64,000 nucleotides of DNA from Felis catus (lineage: Eukaryota). The position numbers were made by a program, and so were the translations under genes. The DNA lies in assembly GCF_018350175.1 (NCBI RefSeq), contig NC_058368.1, positions 138,014,001 through 138,078,000 on the forward strand, read 5' to 3'. Under the pieces are notes generated by a model, which saw nothing but the letters and a program-made list of their open reading frames with translations, did not search any database and was not told the DNA's origin. Shown one piece after another: positions 50,664 through 64,000 of this stretch (its first letter is position 1; each line of letters opens with the position of its first letter).

Positions 50664-53019
50664 GATGGCGTTGTAGCCATCAGGTGGTTCAGCCTTGTTT
50701 TAGTGATCAAGCAATTGGCGCTCAGAGACATGAGATTATTTTCTGCTATATGTGCACATAGTAACATAAATAGAGGATCGCATACTTGAATGGGTCCTTA
50801 GTCCAAGTTGACTTCATTCAGCTACATTGTTTTAGTGCTGCCTTTCATTAGTTTGTAACCAACCCATTAGTTTCCATTTTATGTTTGTCTGTTTGTTGCC
50901 AGTAATCACCTATCTTTGGAAAGTAACCCAAGGGGAAGTGGACTTGGTTGAGGAATAGTAGCAGGATAGTGGAGAAAGTGGCATAGAAATTGGTTTTGCA
51001 GCTGCCTAGGGAGTAGAAGTGAAGGATGAGCTAATTCAGCAGGTGGTGGTAGCGAAAGAGACTGTGGGTGTGCCCCCGGTCCCTCTGCAGTAAGAGGGGG
51101 GGCAGACTACCGAGGCTGGACTTGCCAAATTCTTCTCCCCACATCTTGCCGTGGCCCTCACACAGGCCCAGTGTCTCATTTGGGGTGGAGTGTTTCAGCT
51201 CCCATGGCTCCCTGAATGGGAGTGGAGGAAGGAGAAGTGTATAATTCCACCACTAAGATTGTGGCAGGAGGGAGTGTGTTCTTGGAATGCTAAATAGGAA
51301 CTCTGATTTTCACGTGGAAATGTGGGTAAGTATGCTTAGGACAACATCCACGGGTCAGCATGTGAGGTAAAAAGGCTCTCTGGTTGGTTGTGGAGGGCTT
51401 GAGTGAGGTAAGGTTTCATGGGAGCCCAGCTGTGGGCATTCACAAACATGGGACTTTTCCTCTCCCTTTGGGTCTGGTGGTGGAGAACGATCTTGGCATG
51501 ATGGTCCAGATGAGGTATGTAAGAGAAAGATGTGGTTTTAATTCCTAGCTCTACTCTGGTGACTTAAGGACCTCAGTGTTTTCTCTTCCATAAATTGAGC
51601 ATAATACCTACCTCATTACTGTGCAGAATAAATAAGTAACATGTTAAGAGGCAACTCAAACTCATCGATACAGTAGGAATGGAGGGAAAGCAGTTGTACT
51701 GGAAGAGCAGGGTCTTGTCTTGAAACAGAACACATCGTTGTACTAAGGTCATAGTATTTGGAGGAAGCGGGTGGACCTGATGGAGGGTGTTACAGGTCTT
51801 CCTCAAGCTGCCCTCCTTGTCACATCACTCTCTGAAGGGTTAGCAGATAGGACCGTGTGTATAGTAAACTTCAAGTCAATGACAGCTTGTTTCATGATAA
51901 CATAATTGAAAGCACAAAGTATGTACATGGAGCATTCTTTATTTTTCCACTTCTTAAATTAGTAATGTGTTCACTATTCAGTATCCTTCCCAAAATTGTT
52001 CTCAGTAGCTGCGTGCAGTTCTCTTAGTATTCTCTTCTTAATGTGGGACCTTGAGGTTATTTCCCACACGTTACTCATCTGATGTGTGAAGTGCAACTCC
52101 TTAGAAGGGAAGAGGCAGTTCTGTGTTACAACGATAGTTGTAAATTCCGAGTTAGAATCAGGGGCTGCAACCGTGGCTGGCCCCAGCTTCCCATTCTCTA
52201 TCGGACTGAAGTCTGCCATTGACCTATTTGTCTCTAGAACCAGGGACTTGCTCTACTGATCTTGTTTCTTTTGACATCAAGCACAGAGTGGGTGATTGGT
52301 AGAGGTTTATGGGAAAAGACTGAGGATAGAAGTTTTGATGTGTAGAGAGGTTTGAGAGCCTCCAGTCGGCGTTTTCCCTCTGTGTTCAACTGACTGCTTC
52401 AAATTTTCAGGGATGAGGAGTGAGTATAAAGAAATCTCTTCCCTCAAGAAGGAGAGATAACACAAGCAGGAAAAAGAAATTACAGAATTCAGTAAAAAAA
52501 TAATAAGTTGAAATTCTGGTTAGGAGTTCAAGCTAGGAGAATTTTTACTGCTGGAGTAATCAGGTGTAATGGAGCAGTCCATGCAAGATGGGATTTAGGA
52601 ATCATCCACTTAGATAAAAGGGGGGCATAAGGAGTGGGTGCTTTAGGCGGGAGAACCAGTGTGAACAAGACTGCAGTGATGGGAATCACTGTGGACCATG
52701 AGAGACATAGTGTGGTAATCTGGGGAAGTAGAAAGAAATTGTATTAGATCTCCAGGTAGGGTAGGGCTCTGTTAAGAAGGGTTGGAAGCCAAACAGACTT
52801 AGACAGAGGCATAATGAGCAATAAAGAGTCTCTGTAGGTTCAAGAGTGACATGAGGAAAGTGGTTGAACTGGAAATTCAAAGGTGGTGTCAGAAATAACT
52901 TTGAGAAGGTCACTTATAACTATGCAAATGCTTGGTAATATTGTACATATCTGCTACCTTTAAGTTTCCATGAAGCTCATTTAATCCTTACATGTCCAGG
53001 AATGGGTAGCAATTATATT

Positions 53020-53132
53020 CTTTTTTTTTTTTTTTTTTTTTAAAGTAAGCTTTGCATTCAACATGGGGCTTGAACTCACAACCCTGAGATCAAGAGTTGC
53101 ATGCCCTACCGTCTGAGCCAGCTAGGTACTCC
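53020..53132 (-). mobile_element. Short older CanSINE within a MIR
   Basis: 'ggggcttgaactcacaaccctgagatcaagagttgcatgc'; MIR-like 'ccccattttatg' follows. Confidence 0.8.
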
Positions 53133-53349
53133 TGTATTCCCCATTTTATGCATACGGAAATGGAGCTCCCAAGTGGTTGACCTCTCAGTCACACAATTAA
53201 AAAATGGCAGACTTAGGAACCCAAATGTTGCTCCGAGCCCCTGGTTTTCCAGCAATGGATCGTGGTGTGGGGGACAGGTCATAACGTAAGGCCTTGTTGG
53301 AGGAACAGTTTCTAGGAAAGAAAAGAATAGCATCCAAGTGGAACTTATG

Positions 53350-53530
53350 TGTACCGGGTGCTTTATGTAAGTTTGATTTCCTCACCCTAACAAAGCTCTT
53401 GATATCCTAACTTCACTTGACACATAAACAGGTGAGGCTCAAAGAGGTTAAATAACTTGCCCAAAGTTATGCACCTACCTAGAGGCAGAATGGGAGCTCT
53501 GATCCAGTGTATGAGCCTCTTTCCTACCTT
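53350..53530 (-). mobile_element. MIR
   Basis: 'gaggctcaaagaggttaaataacttgcccaaagtt'. Confidence 0.65.
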
Positions 53531-55544
53531 GGCTCTGTTCACTACTCCTGTGCACCTACTTATATTTGTGGCTTTGCTCAAGAATGTGAGCAAATGGGTT
53601 GATTTTTTTTTTTAAAGGTATACATGTACAAGATGAAATAATATTAGAACGAGTATGACTAAAGCAGGTCTCTTGGCTTAATATTACATTGTAGATTATG
53701 GAGGGGAGTGTGTTTAATAAGAGTAGATATTAGGAAATTACAAAAACTTATTAGGAAAAGATTAAACTTAGATGTCTTTCAGGTTTTGTGCTTGTACTTT
53801 TTTGTATTCACCCCTTAACCTTCAAGACGGAGACTGAAATGGTTGGCAGGGTGCAATGCGCAGTTTATGTCTCTAGTGTCAGCTCTGGTCGCTTAGTACC
53901 TTGTGCACAGCTCTGAGAAGGAATTTTAATGCTTGCCCTTAGTTTTCAGTGTCCTCTGTCCTCCATGCACGTGCTAGAATGCATGTCTTCTCACCAGGCC
54001 CCTCTGTTCTCCCCTTCGGTCTGCTTGACTTGTATTACCTTGTGCTCATACCTTGTATTACCCTGTCAGGGAACTTTTCCCCTTATTTCCCAGGAAGATG
54101 GCACAGGGGTGCACTATACACATGGAACTGGGAGCGGGGATACTGGATTAGGCCACTCAGGGTAGAACGGCTGGTTTGTAGAGGGAAACTCTTAGGACCT
54201 AAGCTGGGGAGTACCTCAGTCATAGTTCTTGGGTGTCAACAACAAATAATTTGGTTTATAAATATGATGGTAATTGGCCTCATGTTATTATTTTTTTTAA
54301 GAGTGGACCCCTGCTTAAGTCCCCTACCCATGTCCCTATTCCTGACTGCATGGGGCAAAGAGAGAAAATGAATGCCCGTTGGCTTCTGTAAGGACAATGG
54401 GATGCTGCTTCCTATCAAAGCTGTATACAACGGTGGATGCAGGGGGTTCCTTAGCGGGGAGTGCCAGTGGCTAACAAGGGAAGGATGCTAGACAACCGGT
54501 GCCCTGCAGATGTCTAGTCTAGAGAAGAAAGGAAGGAAGCCTTATATGAGGCTTCTAGTTCACAGTGGCCTTGAATGGCAGGTACAGTAGTGATGTCCTC
54601 CTTCTCTAGGCAGTGGGGAGCCCCCGAGGGGTTTAGAGTAGGCTAAGGGGCTAGTACTTGCAGAGCAGTACTTGAAGTTAAATGTTTCGTTCTTAGGCCG
54701 AGTGGACTGGAGAGAGCTGGGGCTGAAGGGAGAGAGGCCAGTTGGGAGATGAGTGCCAGTGTGCAGTAAACACAGAGCTGGAAATCTGGAATTTACCATG
54801 AGTCATCAGTAGATCAGGGATTAGAACTCACTGACCTTGAGTGAGTCATCAGACTCTCCTTGCCTCAGGTGTCTGCAGCCCACTCGGGAAACACTGTCGG
54901 GATGAACTCCTCAAAATCTTTGGTTCAGATTCACATTAGCCATGGTTTCACTTCTAGCATGGAGCTTGTTTCCACCCTTTCTCTGTCTGATCCTTTTCTA
55001 CCCACGGCTCGCTTTTCCTTTCCTGAAATGGAAAGTTGAGGTGTGCTAAAACCTGAAGTTCACGGTAATCTGAGGACATCCTTGCTTTGTTAGGGAAAGA
55101 TTTCACCTCCAGATTGTGCATTCATTGGGTCTTCAGCACGTTTCTGAGCCAGGAACAAGGCTGTGAAAGGTTGTTTGAATACTGATGTAGAATCACAGTG
55201 GGCAGGGAAAGCCATCTATTTGGATTATGAACAGAATCCCTACAGTGGCCTATTCATGTCAATGTTAATTGTGATCATTTGAGTGGACTTGGACAGCCTT
55301 TTAGAAAACAGGGAAAAACGCCTTCAACAAAGCTCTTTTCATGGATGGCTCTTACGATACACTTGATTGCACGGCCCTTACGTAGCAGTTCGTATTTTTT
55401 CCGGGGGTAGATTTGGGATTCTAGTTTGTGCAATAGGAGTTTGGCCTCGCTATGACTCACAGGTCAACACATTAAACTCCTCTTTGAAGGCTTACCAGAG
55501 CTATGGCTTTCTGTAGGTTTTTAAATGATTTTTAACCTGTATTT

Positions 55545-55762
55545 AAAAAAAAATTTTTTTTAACGTTTATTTATTTTTGAGACAGAGACAGAGCATGAAC
55601 AGGGGAGGGGCAGAGAGAGAGAGGGAGACACAGAATCTGAAACAGGCTCCAGGCTCTGAGCTGTCAGCACTGAGCCCGACGCGGGGCTCGAACTCACGGA
55701 CCATGAGATCATGACCTGAGCCGAAGTCGGACGCTTAACCGACCGAGCCACCCAGGCGCCCC
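55545..55762 (-). mobile_element. CanSINE (young)
   Basis: TSD taacctgtattt. Confidence 0.93.
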
Positions 55763-55771
55763 TAACCTGTA

Positions 55772-55958
55772 TTTTTTTTAAATGGTTTATTTACTTTTAA
55801 GAGGGCACAAGTGGACAAGGGGCAGAGAGAGGGGGACAGAGGATCAAAACGGGCTCCATGCTGACAGCAGCAAGCCCGATGTGGGGCTCGAACTCAAGAA
55901 CCGTGAGATCATGACCTGAGCCGAAGTGGGATGTTCAACCGAGCCACCCAGGTGCCCC
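55772..55958 (-). mobile_element. CanSINE (older), same target site as its neighbour
   Basis: TSD aacctgt(a/g)tttt. Confidence 0.9.
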
Positions 55959-56843
55959 AACCTGTGTTTTTATTTTGAGAGATTGTTTGTAGAAATCCTC
56001 ATATTGGAGTTGTACTTCACAAAGAGGTTTCACACATGACCTTGTTTTGTCTCTTTAGTCATGTACAGGCTAACTTCAGTCAGATTTTCAGTGGAGTGTG
56101 TTGGAAAAAAAGATTGCTTTGTCCGGACCTCAAAAACTTACAAGTGGTGTTTCATTGTCCCTTTATTTGAATAGCTCATAATGCTTTATACACGCTAATT
56201 CATAATTCCTCCTTTGGGGAGCCCCAAAGCCCTGTGTGTAGGCAGTGGAAAATATTTTTTTGCTGCTGCAGTATTTACACACGGAGAAACCAAGTCCTGA
56301 GGCAAAGGTGGGCGGGGCCTGGGGAAGCAGCCCGGCTGCTGCCCTGTTCTTAGTCTGTCCTCTTCCTTGACTGTTAGAAAACCCGAACTCCTGTTCCTTT
56401 GGAAAATAAATACTTCCAAGGAAAATAGCCTTGTAAACCAGATTCTGCCTGGGGGACAGAACCCTAAGAGCGAAGAGTAAGAGGTAGTTGTATCATGAAA
56501 TGGTTGATGTGGTTTCATCTCTCTGTTCTGTCGCCCTGCATGTAGTCGGAACCTGGTCAGTCAACACGATGGCATGTTTCTGTGTCCAAAACCACTTTTT
56601 GGATGTACCCACCTGGTTGCTTGGATGCTTTCCAGGGGTGAGGGTAGGATGGCATTTGCTGTTCCAGCTTAGGCTGTGCCAGAGGTACAGGAACAGCGGC
56701 CGTTTGTCTTTTTCAGACTGCCACGTCCCCAAGGACAAGGGCATGGCCTTTACTCCTAATTCATGTGACCTCTTTTATAGTCCCACTGTGCTCTCTTAGG
56801 AGTGAGTCAGTAAAAGGACTTGTTGGGGGCAGAATAAACTGCA

Positions 56844-57050
56844 GGGGCGCCTGGGTGGCTCATTGGGTTAAGCGTCTGACTTAGGCTCAGGTCATGATCT
56901 GGCGGTTCGTGGGTTCGAGCCCCGTGTTGGGCTCTGTGCTGACAGCTTTGGAGTTTGGAGAGCCTCCTTCGGATTCTGTGTCTCCCTTTCCCTCTGCCCT
57001 CCCGCCCTCCTCCCCTCTCTCTCTCTCTCAAAAATAAATACAAATTAGAA
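56844..57050 (+). mobile_element. CanSINE
   Basis: Head, body and tail. Confidence 0.92.
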
Positions 57051-57059
57051 AAACATGTG

Positions 57060-57967
57060 ACCCATCTGCACATGTGGGCATTTCAAACTTAATGTGCCCC
57101 AAACTGGGTTCCTGGTTTCCTTTCCTACACCTTGGCCACCTGCGCTACTCTCTATGTCTGTTAATGGCAATACCACCTTTAGCACACGATGCCAGTTTGG
57201 GAGACCTTCTCTTTTTCTCTCATCCCACTTCTAATTGTCAGGAAATCCTGTTGATTCTACCTTGGGAACGTGTCCAGAACTCAATTAGTGAGACCCCCCT
57301 GGTCTCAGCCACCATCTCTTGTCTGTATTATCGCAAGGGCCTCCAAACAAGCCCCTTGCTCTGCCCTTGGCTCTTCTCAGCCAGGCTGTGGCATAGGGAT
57401 TGAATGATACCGTTTAGTACACATGTCTGGTCACGTCACTCCTCAGCTCACAGCCTCAAGTGGATCTTCTTCACGCTCAGAGAAACCGAGGTCCATGTGA
57501 TGACCTACAAGGCCTTATCTGATCAGGTGCTCATTTTTCCTCTGTGCCCAGCCTTTATTCTCCTTTACACTCATACTGATTCCTTGATCTCACTCATGGG
57601 GTGTGTGTTCTCGCTTTGCTTCCGGATTTCCCTCTCTCTGCTGCTTCTGAGACTCCTCCCAGATAGCTGCACTGCTCTCTCCTGCCTCTTATGTCTTTGC
57701 TCACATGTCACCTTTGTAGCTACATCCACCCAGACCACTACATTGGAAATGGCGCCCCACTGTCCACCCCTCCACTCTCTTCTCCTTTGCTCTATTTAAA
57801 AAATAGTACATATCACTATGAAGTATACTGTAAAATTTTCCGTGTTGTTTGTAAACTGTACTGTAAGCTTCAGAAGGACTGGGACTTTTGTTTCGTGTTC
57901 AGTTGTATATCCTTTGCACATAATGTCCTCGTGCCCAGCAGATGGTCAGATATCATTTAATGAATAA
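57060..57967 (+). mobile_element. L2 (L2a-like) 3' portion
   Basis: 'gcatttcaaacttaatgtgccccaaactg...tgacctacaaggcc...ctgtaagcttcagaagg...gtgcccagcagatggt...tgaataa'. Confidence 0.75.
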
Positions 57968-59296
57968 GCAGTGTTTACAAAAACACTTTTGCCCTCCCGT
58001 CCTAGTCACATCAAATGACTGGGTTTAATCTCGTAGGTAAATTTTGATATGCACAGGACACGGCAAAGGATACAAGAGTAAAGGGTTCAGCTGGAAGATA
58101 AGATAAACCCTCGACATGAGCAAAAAGTACTAAGATACAATTGTTAGATCATTGAATAAATAAAAGATCTAGGGGAGGTCATTGGGAAAATGGCAGGAGG
58201 GAGGGACTCTGGAATTTGATCCTGGGTGTCAGTACTATTCTATTCTAAGTATTTTGCCTACTGGATTCCATTTGATCCTCACAACAGGTATTGTGAGACA
58301 GGTAAGTAGCCCAAGGTCACAGAGCTAGTGGGTGTTTGAGCCAAGATTCAAACCCTAGTGTCCCATGCCACAGTGTTAGAGTATTCAGGGTGTGAATCAT
58401 GGAGCTAAAAGGTTTGGGATGGGCCAGCTTTGTAGAGCCTGGGTGTCTGATCCATGGGGAAGCCAATCTGGGTCCAAGTGGGATTTCTTTGTTGAAGTGG
58501 TGAGCGATGGGTTATAGGTAGGATGAACAATAACGTGGAAGGCTTTGGATGCTCATTCAGAGCTGGCATTTGATCTGACAGGCACCAGAGGGTAAGGTTT
58601 CTTCTTGAGCAGGGGAGTAAAATGATGGAAATAATTGTGACTATTTAACTTGGCATTGATATCCAAGATAGGTTAGAAGAGGGAAGGGCATACCGCTGGT
58701 GACCTCTCAGCAGACTATTTGGGGTATCCTGGCAGGGGGAGGTGAAAGGAATGGGATGCTGGATGAAGAGATGGGAGAGACGGTCTCCAAACAGTGACTA
58801 TTTCGTGAATGAATGAGTGCGGGGAATGAGGAAGGAAGAGCGGTCAGACACCATCTGGGATTATAAACCTGAGTGGTGTTACTGTTTTTAACACAATTGC
58901 TACCATTAGGAAAGGTAGACTAGTTAGGTCCTGGTATACTGAGAAGTTCTTGAAACAGTGATATGAGGAAAAACAGGGCAGGAACAATTTTCCTCTAGGG
59001 AAGACCTACAGGAGTGGAGAAATGTTGATAAATAGTCTTCAGACATTGTGAGATAAAGGGAGTGGCCCCAGTTCTGTATAGTTTCAGAGATCATTGTAGG
59101 ACAAATGGGTAAAATTTGGGGCAAGGCATATTTGCGTTAAAATAAGGAATTCAAAGTATCACCAAGGAGGAGATTCACTTAGAGAAACTGATCTGATCTT
59201 CTACACAGCTCTGCAAAGTAGATACTACCATCCCATTTTTTACAGATAAATAAACTGAGACCTTGAAGCAAGCAGCTTTTAAAAGCGTAGAGCCAG

Positions 59297-59522
59297 GGGC
59301 GCCTGGGTGACTCAGTCGGTTGAGCGCCTGACTTTGGCTCTGGTCCTCATCCTGCCACTCGTGGGTTCCTGCCCCACATCCGGCACTGTGCTGACAGCTG
59401 GGAGCCTGGAGCCTGCCTCAGATTCCGTCTCCATCTCTCTGCCCCTCCCCCTGCTCAAGCACGCACGCACGCGCTCTCTCAAATGTAAATTAAAAAAATA
59501 AAAACACTAAAAAAATTTTTAA
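59297..59522 (+). mobile_element. CanSINE
   Basis: TSD aag(c/t)gtaga(g/a)cca. Confidence 0.9.
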
Positions 59523-62260
59523 TAAGTGTAGAACCAAGATATGTTATTGATTTCCCTTTTGTGGTTGAATTTGTTTTTAAGATTAAAAAAAATTAAAACC
59601 TAAAACTTTAACTGTTAAATATAAGTTCAGATTAAATATACATTTAAATTAAATACAACTTAAAATTTAAAAACTTAAACACTTTCAAAATGTGTCTTAT
59701 TTATAAATTTTATTATGTCAGAGGGGTATTTTTAAAAACTTGAAGACTTTTTTTATCACTCTGCAATCCCATGTTATAACCAATATGAACAGTTGACTCT
59801 TTTTACATTTTTCTCCGTCATAATACAAAATATATAGTTTTCATGAATAAAATGAAACCACACAATAGACATGACTTGGTAAAGTACCTTTTTAAGATAC
59901 TCTGTGCTTTGGTATATCTAGATGTAGAATTGTTGGGACTCCATTTATTTTCAAAATCTGAGAATTTATCAACTGATGGAAATTCTCCAAAAGTCTCTTA
60001 AAATACTGTTTGTCCTCTATTATCTCTTCTTTCTCAGTGTGGGCCTCCTATAAAAAAGATTCTGGACCTTCTCATTCCATATTTCATGTATCTTAACATC
60101 TTTCGTATCTTTCACCTATTCTAACTCTGTGCTGTATTCTGGGTAAATTCTTAATATCAAAGTTCTAATTCACTGATGATCTCTTGACTTCCCATTTTTG
60201 CTACTTAACCTATCCGGTGAATTTTCAAACACTCTACCTGTTACTTTCGGAAATTCTGTTTGCTTCTTAGTCAAGTCAGCCTAGTTTTTGTTAAGTGAGC
60301 TGGGGGCAGATCGTATTCTCATCCTAAGTTTTCAGTTATTTTTTAGCATCTTTATTGAAACATAACTTAGATTGCAGAATGTTTGGTTAGTCTATTGCTT
60401 GAGCTTCAGAAAGTCTAATTTTCTGTTCTTCTGTCTTTCTCATATTCAGTAGTCTTGTCAAGTGTCTCAAAAGTTTGCATTGTGAGCCTATGACCAATGA
60501 CCCTTGAACTGGGGGAGTCCTGGAATTCTGAGTTAACCCTGAATGCATGCATAACCATAAATGTATCTTGTATGTAAATTTTGTATGTAAATTTTGTAGT
60601 TGAAGATTTACAGAGAACTTTCTTCCACCTCCCCCCCCCCCCCCCCCGCCAAGTTAAGGCTTAGGCTGAAACAGAGCAATTTCTTTTCTTTTTCTTTTGC
60701 TTCTGGTCATAATTTTTTATTGGACTAAGTAAAAGCGTAGCCCTTTGCTGTACTGGCGGATGCGGAAGTTTCAGTTAGGATACTCAACCACACAGGGATA
60801 CATAACTTTGTCTCTTGACGTCTCTGGCAGTTAAAATCCAGTCATCTTGGCTGAGACCGGCAAACCTTCTCAGGGCAAATATTCTCAATAGGTCATTACA
60901 ACATTTTTTTTTTTTTTTTTGACGAATCATAATTTTAGGACTGAGGAGAGAGATCTCCTTTACTGAGAGTTGAACTACACACTTGAAGTAGCTCTTAAAA
61001 ATAGTCTAGTGAATGTTTTAAGCAATAGGGTCCTCAGGTTATTTAATCCATCATATAGGCAGAAAGGAGGTCTGTGTTTAAAAACATTTACCAAGTATTT
61101 GTCAGCGTCTGAGGAGGAGCACATCCTGCTCATTCAGGATTAATACCTTTCCTATGTTCTCTCCTAGCACCCAGCACTTCTGTTTACTCTAATGTTACAT
61201 GGTAACATTACATGGTAACATTACATTGTAATACATGGTATTAGCTGTTTACTTGTGTGCTTTCTCCAGTAAACTAGGAGTTCCCTGGGGTAGGGACCCT
61301 GGTGTATTCACATTAGAATTGTGCTGATCACAGGGCAGAATGGAGGGGGACACAGAAATAGGACCACAGCAGTAAAGGGAGAACTACTCTGGGTGGCACG
61401 GGACTCAGCTCGTTGGGATTAATGGGACCCAGATCACAGGAGCAGAGATGGACAAGGGAATATGTGCAGAGCCAGAAAGAAAGCATTCTAACGGCCTAAT
61501 CTGTGACTAGTTGGTGAAAGGTGTTGATTTCAAAATAGGGAATGATAGCTTCTGCTCAGAGTAGCCTCCTATGGATGGAGAAAAATGGAAAGAACTGCTA
61601 AAGTTGTAAACAGCTAATACAGTCAGAGGAAGTGGAAACAGGAGAGCATACCCTGGTGCGAGCTCACGACTGAGGTGGACAATGAATGTAGTCTGGAATT
61701 GTCAGTTACACTGTCAATCATGACTCGTTTACTAGGTGCATTTTATACCTGGGGTATTTTGTATAGTGTCTGTGTTCTACTAAATGCTGTGGGAACTTAA
61801 CCAAAATGAAGTTTCCTCCCATAAGTCTAAATTTATAGGTTACACACTTAGACAAGTCTGTGATGCATTTAGGTATGTGTGTATACTCGGGCTGGGAACT
61901 GTGTACTTCCTCTAATTTGGCGAATAGGCCTATTTTTGCCCCAAGCTGTGTGTCCTGCTACCTTACTTTTTCCCCCTCAGTTAGTGTTTTGGATCAAGGT
62001 ATGGCCTGCTGGTGGGAAAGATGGAGACTTTATATTCCTCACTGTCTATTACCCTATGAACTTGGATTATATTACTCATTTAGTGACCTTGAATCTAGAG
62101 GGAATAGGAACATGAAGAAGCAGACGAGAAGTGAGTTCGTTATGTGTTTGTGTGTGCACCTGTGTGTACGTTGGAACAGGGTTGAGATGAACTTGAGCCC
62201 TGTTGATGAGAAATCCTCATGTGAGAAGTACTGATGAAGCACTGACCATATATTTGGCAT

Positions 62261-62623
62261 TGTCTTTGTCTCTTCAGGCTGCTGTAACACAATGCTAAAG
62301 ACCGGGTGGCTTAGAAACAAGAATTTATTTCTTACATCTCTGGAGCCTGGAAGTCCAAGTTCAGGGTGCTAGCCTGTTCTGAGTGAGGGCCCTCTTCTGG
62401 GTTAGAGGCTTATCATTGCATTCTCACATGGCAGAAGGGGCTTAGAGAGTTCTGTGGTTTTCTTTTCTTTCTTTTTTTTTTTTCTTAAGGCCAGTGCCAT
62501 TATGGAGGCTCCACCCTCCTAACCTGAGCACCTCCTACAGGCCCCGCCTACTCATACCATTACGTTGGGGGTTAGGACTTCAACCTGAATGTTAGTGGGG
62601 GACACAAACACTCAGACCACAGC
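62261..62623 (-). mobile_element. MaLR solo LTR (MLT1A-like)
   Basis: TG...CA ends; 'ggctgctgtaaca...tttatttcttaca..tctggag.ctggaagtccaag', 'gggggacacaaacactcagaccacagca'. Confidence 0.8.
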
Positions 62624-63126
62624 AGGTCTGTACACACCTGCCTGTTTTGTTGTTGTTCATACTGGCTTTTTAGACTGCATTTGTTGTCCAGAACAGATAG
62701 AGGGTAGCTAGCATTCATTTCCTAATAACTTTGTAAGTGTGCGTTTTTCAAAATATGAGGCTGACTGTTGCTTTAGGCAACACATTGTTGCGTGAGAGCC
62801 ATAGAAAACATCTGAGAAGGGGACTCTGAGCTTTCTTGAGGGCTTGAGTAAATACTGTGAAGGCTGAAAAACCAAGTTGTACCTGCCTCACAACAGGCGT
62901 TGCAGTTTTTTGGAGCACATCCAGTCTTAAGTTCAGGTTCAGGTTGCCTAGGAAGACAGAGCCTTCCTTATTCTTTGGTTTCTCCTGGTGAGGGCTATCA
63001 ACAAGGAACTTAAACACCATAAAATAAAACCTTTCACCCCAACAGAATCTATGTAGAATTAGGTATTAAAACTTTTTTCCACAGTAACTTGAAATGTTGA
63101 GGCCTAGCATTCTTATTGATAATGAA

Positions 63127-63130
<4 letters not shown>

Positions 63131-63160
<30 letters not shown>
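63131..63160. repeat. (TA)n microsatellite
   Basis: Read directly. Confidence 0.9.
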
Positions 63161-63166
<6 letters not shown>

Positions 63167-63934
63167 GAAGTAGATGTTGGATAATTTCTAATTTAAGCAA
63201 AAATATCTAGGAATTTTCAGGCAGGCATAGAAAAAATTCATTAATTTCCTAGGCAGTTACACCTGGGATAGTACTATGCCGTTAATTGGTACTATTTTCT
63301 AGAAGTAGCAACTGTCTTGTGAGGAATGTCCTTCCAGGAGACATTTTTAAGCTGGCTAGCCTCTTTGAGGGAAAGGCACACCTAAGCCATTAGGAGCAAA
63401 ATAAAAAATCTGTCCAAATTGCCAAGAAGGACATGGGACAATTCTTCAGTTATACAGGACTGTCCTTCTTACAGGACGTTGAACATCCCTGGCCACTTGG
63501 TACCAGATACCAGGATCTGTTCTTCCCAGCTCTTCTGATACTCTGGTTTCTTTCCCCCATCCCTGCAAGCACCCACAGGTCCCAAATGGGATGGGGGGAA
63601 GACCTAAAACATAAGCCCCCTTGATGAGTCTTTCTGCTGCCCTTGAAGTGCCAACCAATGACTTGGTAACTTCCAAAGACAATGGCCCCTTCTGAGTCCT
63701 CATTCTCTTTGACTTGACTACAGTCCTTTGTAAGCTGTAAGCATTATTTATTATTGCTGAGCGATTAGGCTTTTGAACGTTGCTGAGCCGTTTGTGTGTT
63801 TGAACTTGTCTCTGTACATTTTTAGACCTCACGCTTTATTTAAAACATTGCCTTGAATATTAAATAACAAACACTTAAATTGTTGACTATTTTTTATGTT
63901 ATTGCAATATCTTAATACTTATCCTGTAAGAACT

Positions 63935-64000
63935 TTTTAAAAAAAATTTTAATATTTATTTTTGAGAGGGAGAGTGACAGCACAAGTGGGGGAGGGATGG
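63935..64000 (-). mobile_element. CanSINE tail, truncated by the window end
   Basis: 'tttatttttgagagggagagtgacagcacaagtggggg'. Confidence 0.75.

Noticed and set aside
2099..59501. Recurrent 'MAQSVKRPTSAQVMIS…' and 'RGRERGRHRI…' ORFs, and tRNA-like A/B boxes
   Set aside because: Translations and heads of CanSINEs; neither genes nor tRNAs.
1..64000. CRISPR arrays, operons or other prokaryotic systems
   Set aside because: The sequence is mammalian, with no regularly spaced repeat-spacer structure and no dense coding regions.

Overview
Mammalian (carnivore, most likely felid) genomic DNA. The evidence is about 40 tRNA-derived CanSINEs with the feliform-type body 'ctgacagctcagagcctggagcctg' plus carnivore L1 3' ends. 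Positions 1 to ~17.7 kb are repeat-rich upstream or intergenic sequence. A CpG island at ~17.75-19.6 kb contains a probable first exon on the + strand ending at a perfect CAG|GTAAGT donor (18624/18625). The rest of the window looks like a long first intron (>45 kb) with no coding exon I can recognise, so I do not name the gene. The listed ORFs are by-products of repeats or GC-rich sequence. The most notable oddities are: a GGG(TTAGGG)7TTAG telomeric tract replacing ~16 bp inside a CanSINE; a clean 37-bp micro-inversion inside an L1; an old diverged local duplication in which one copy is a well-formed 30-nt micro-exon candidate; and an ATG-TGA-TG start-stop-start element in the first exon. I see no evidence of a novel multi-gene system. 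Repeat family names come from recognising sequence by eye, and repeat boundaries are approximate.
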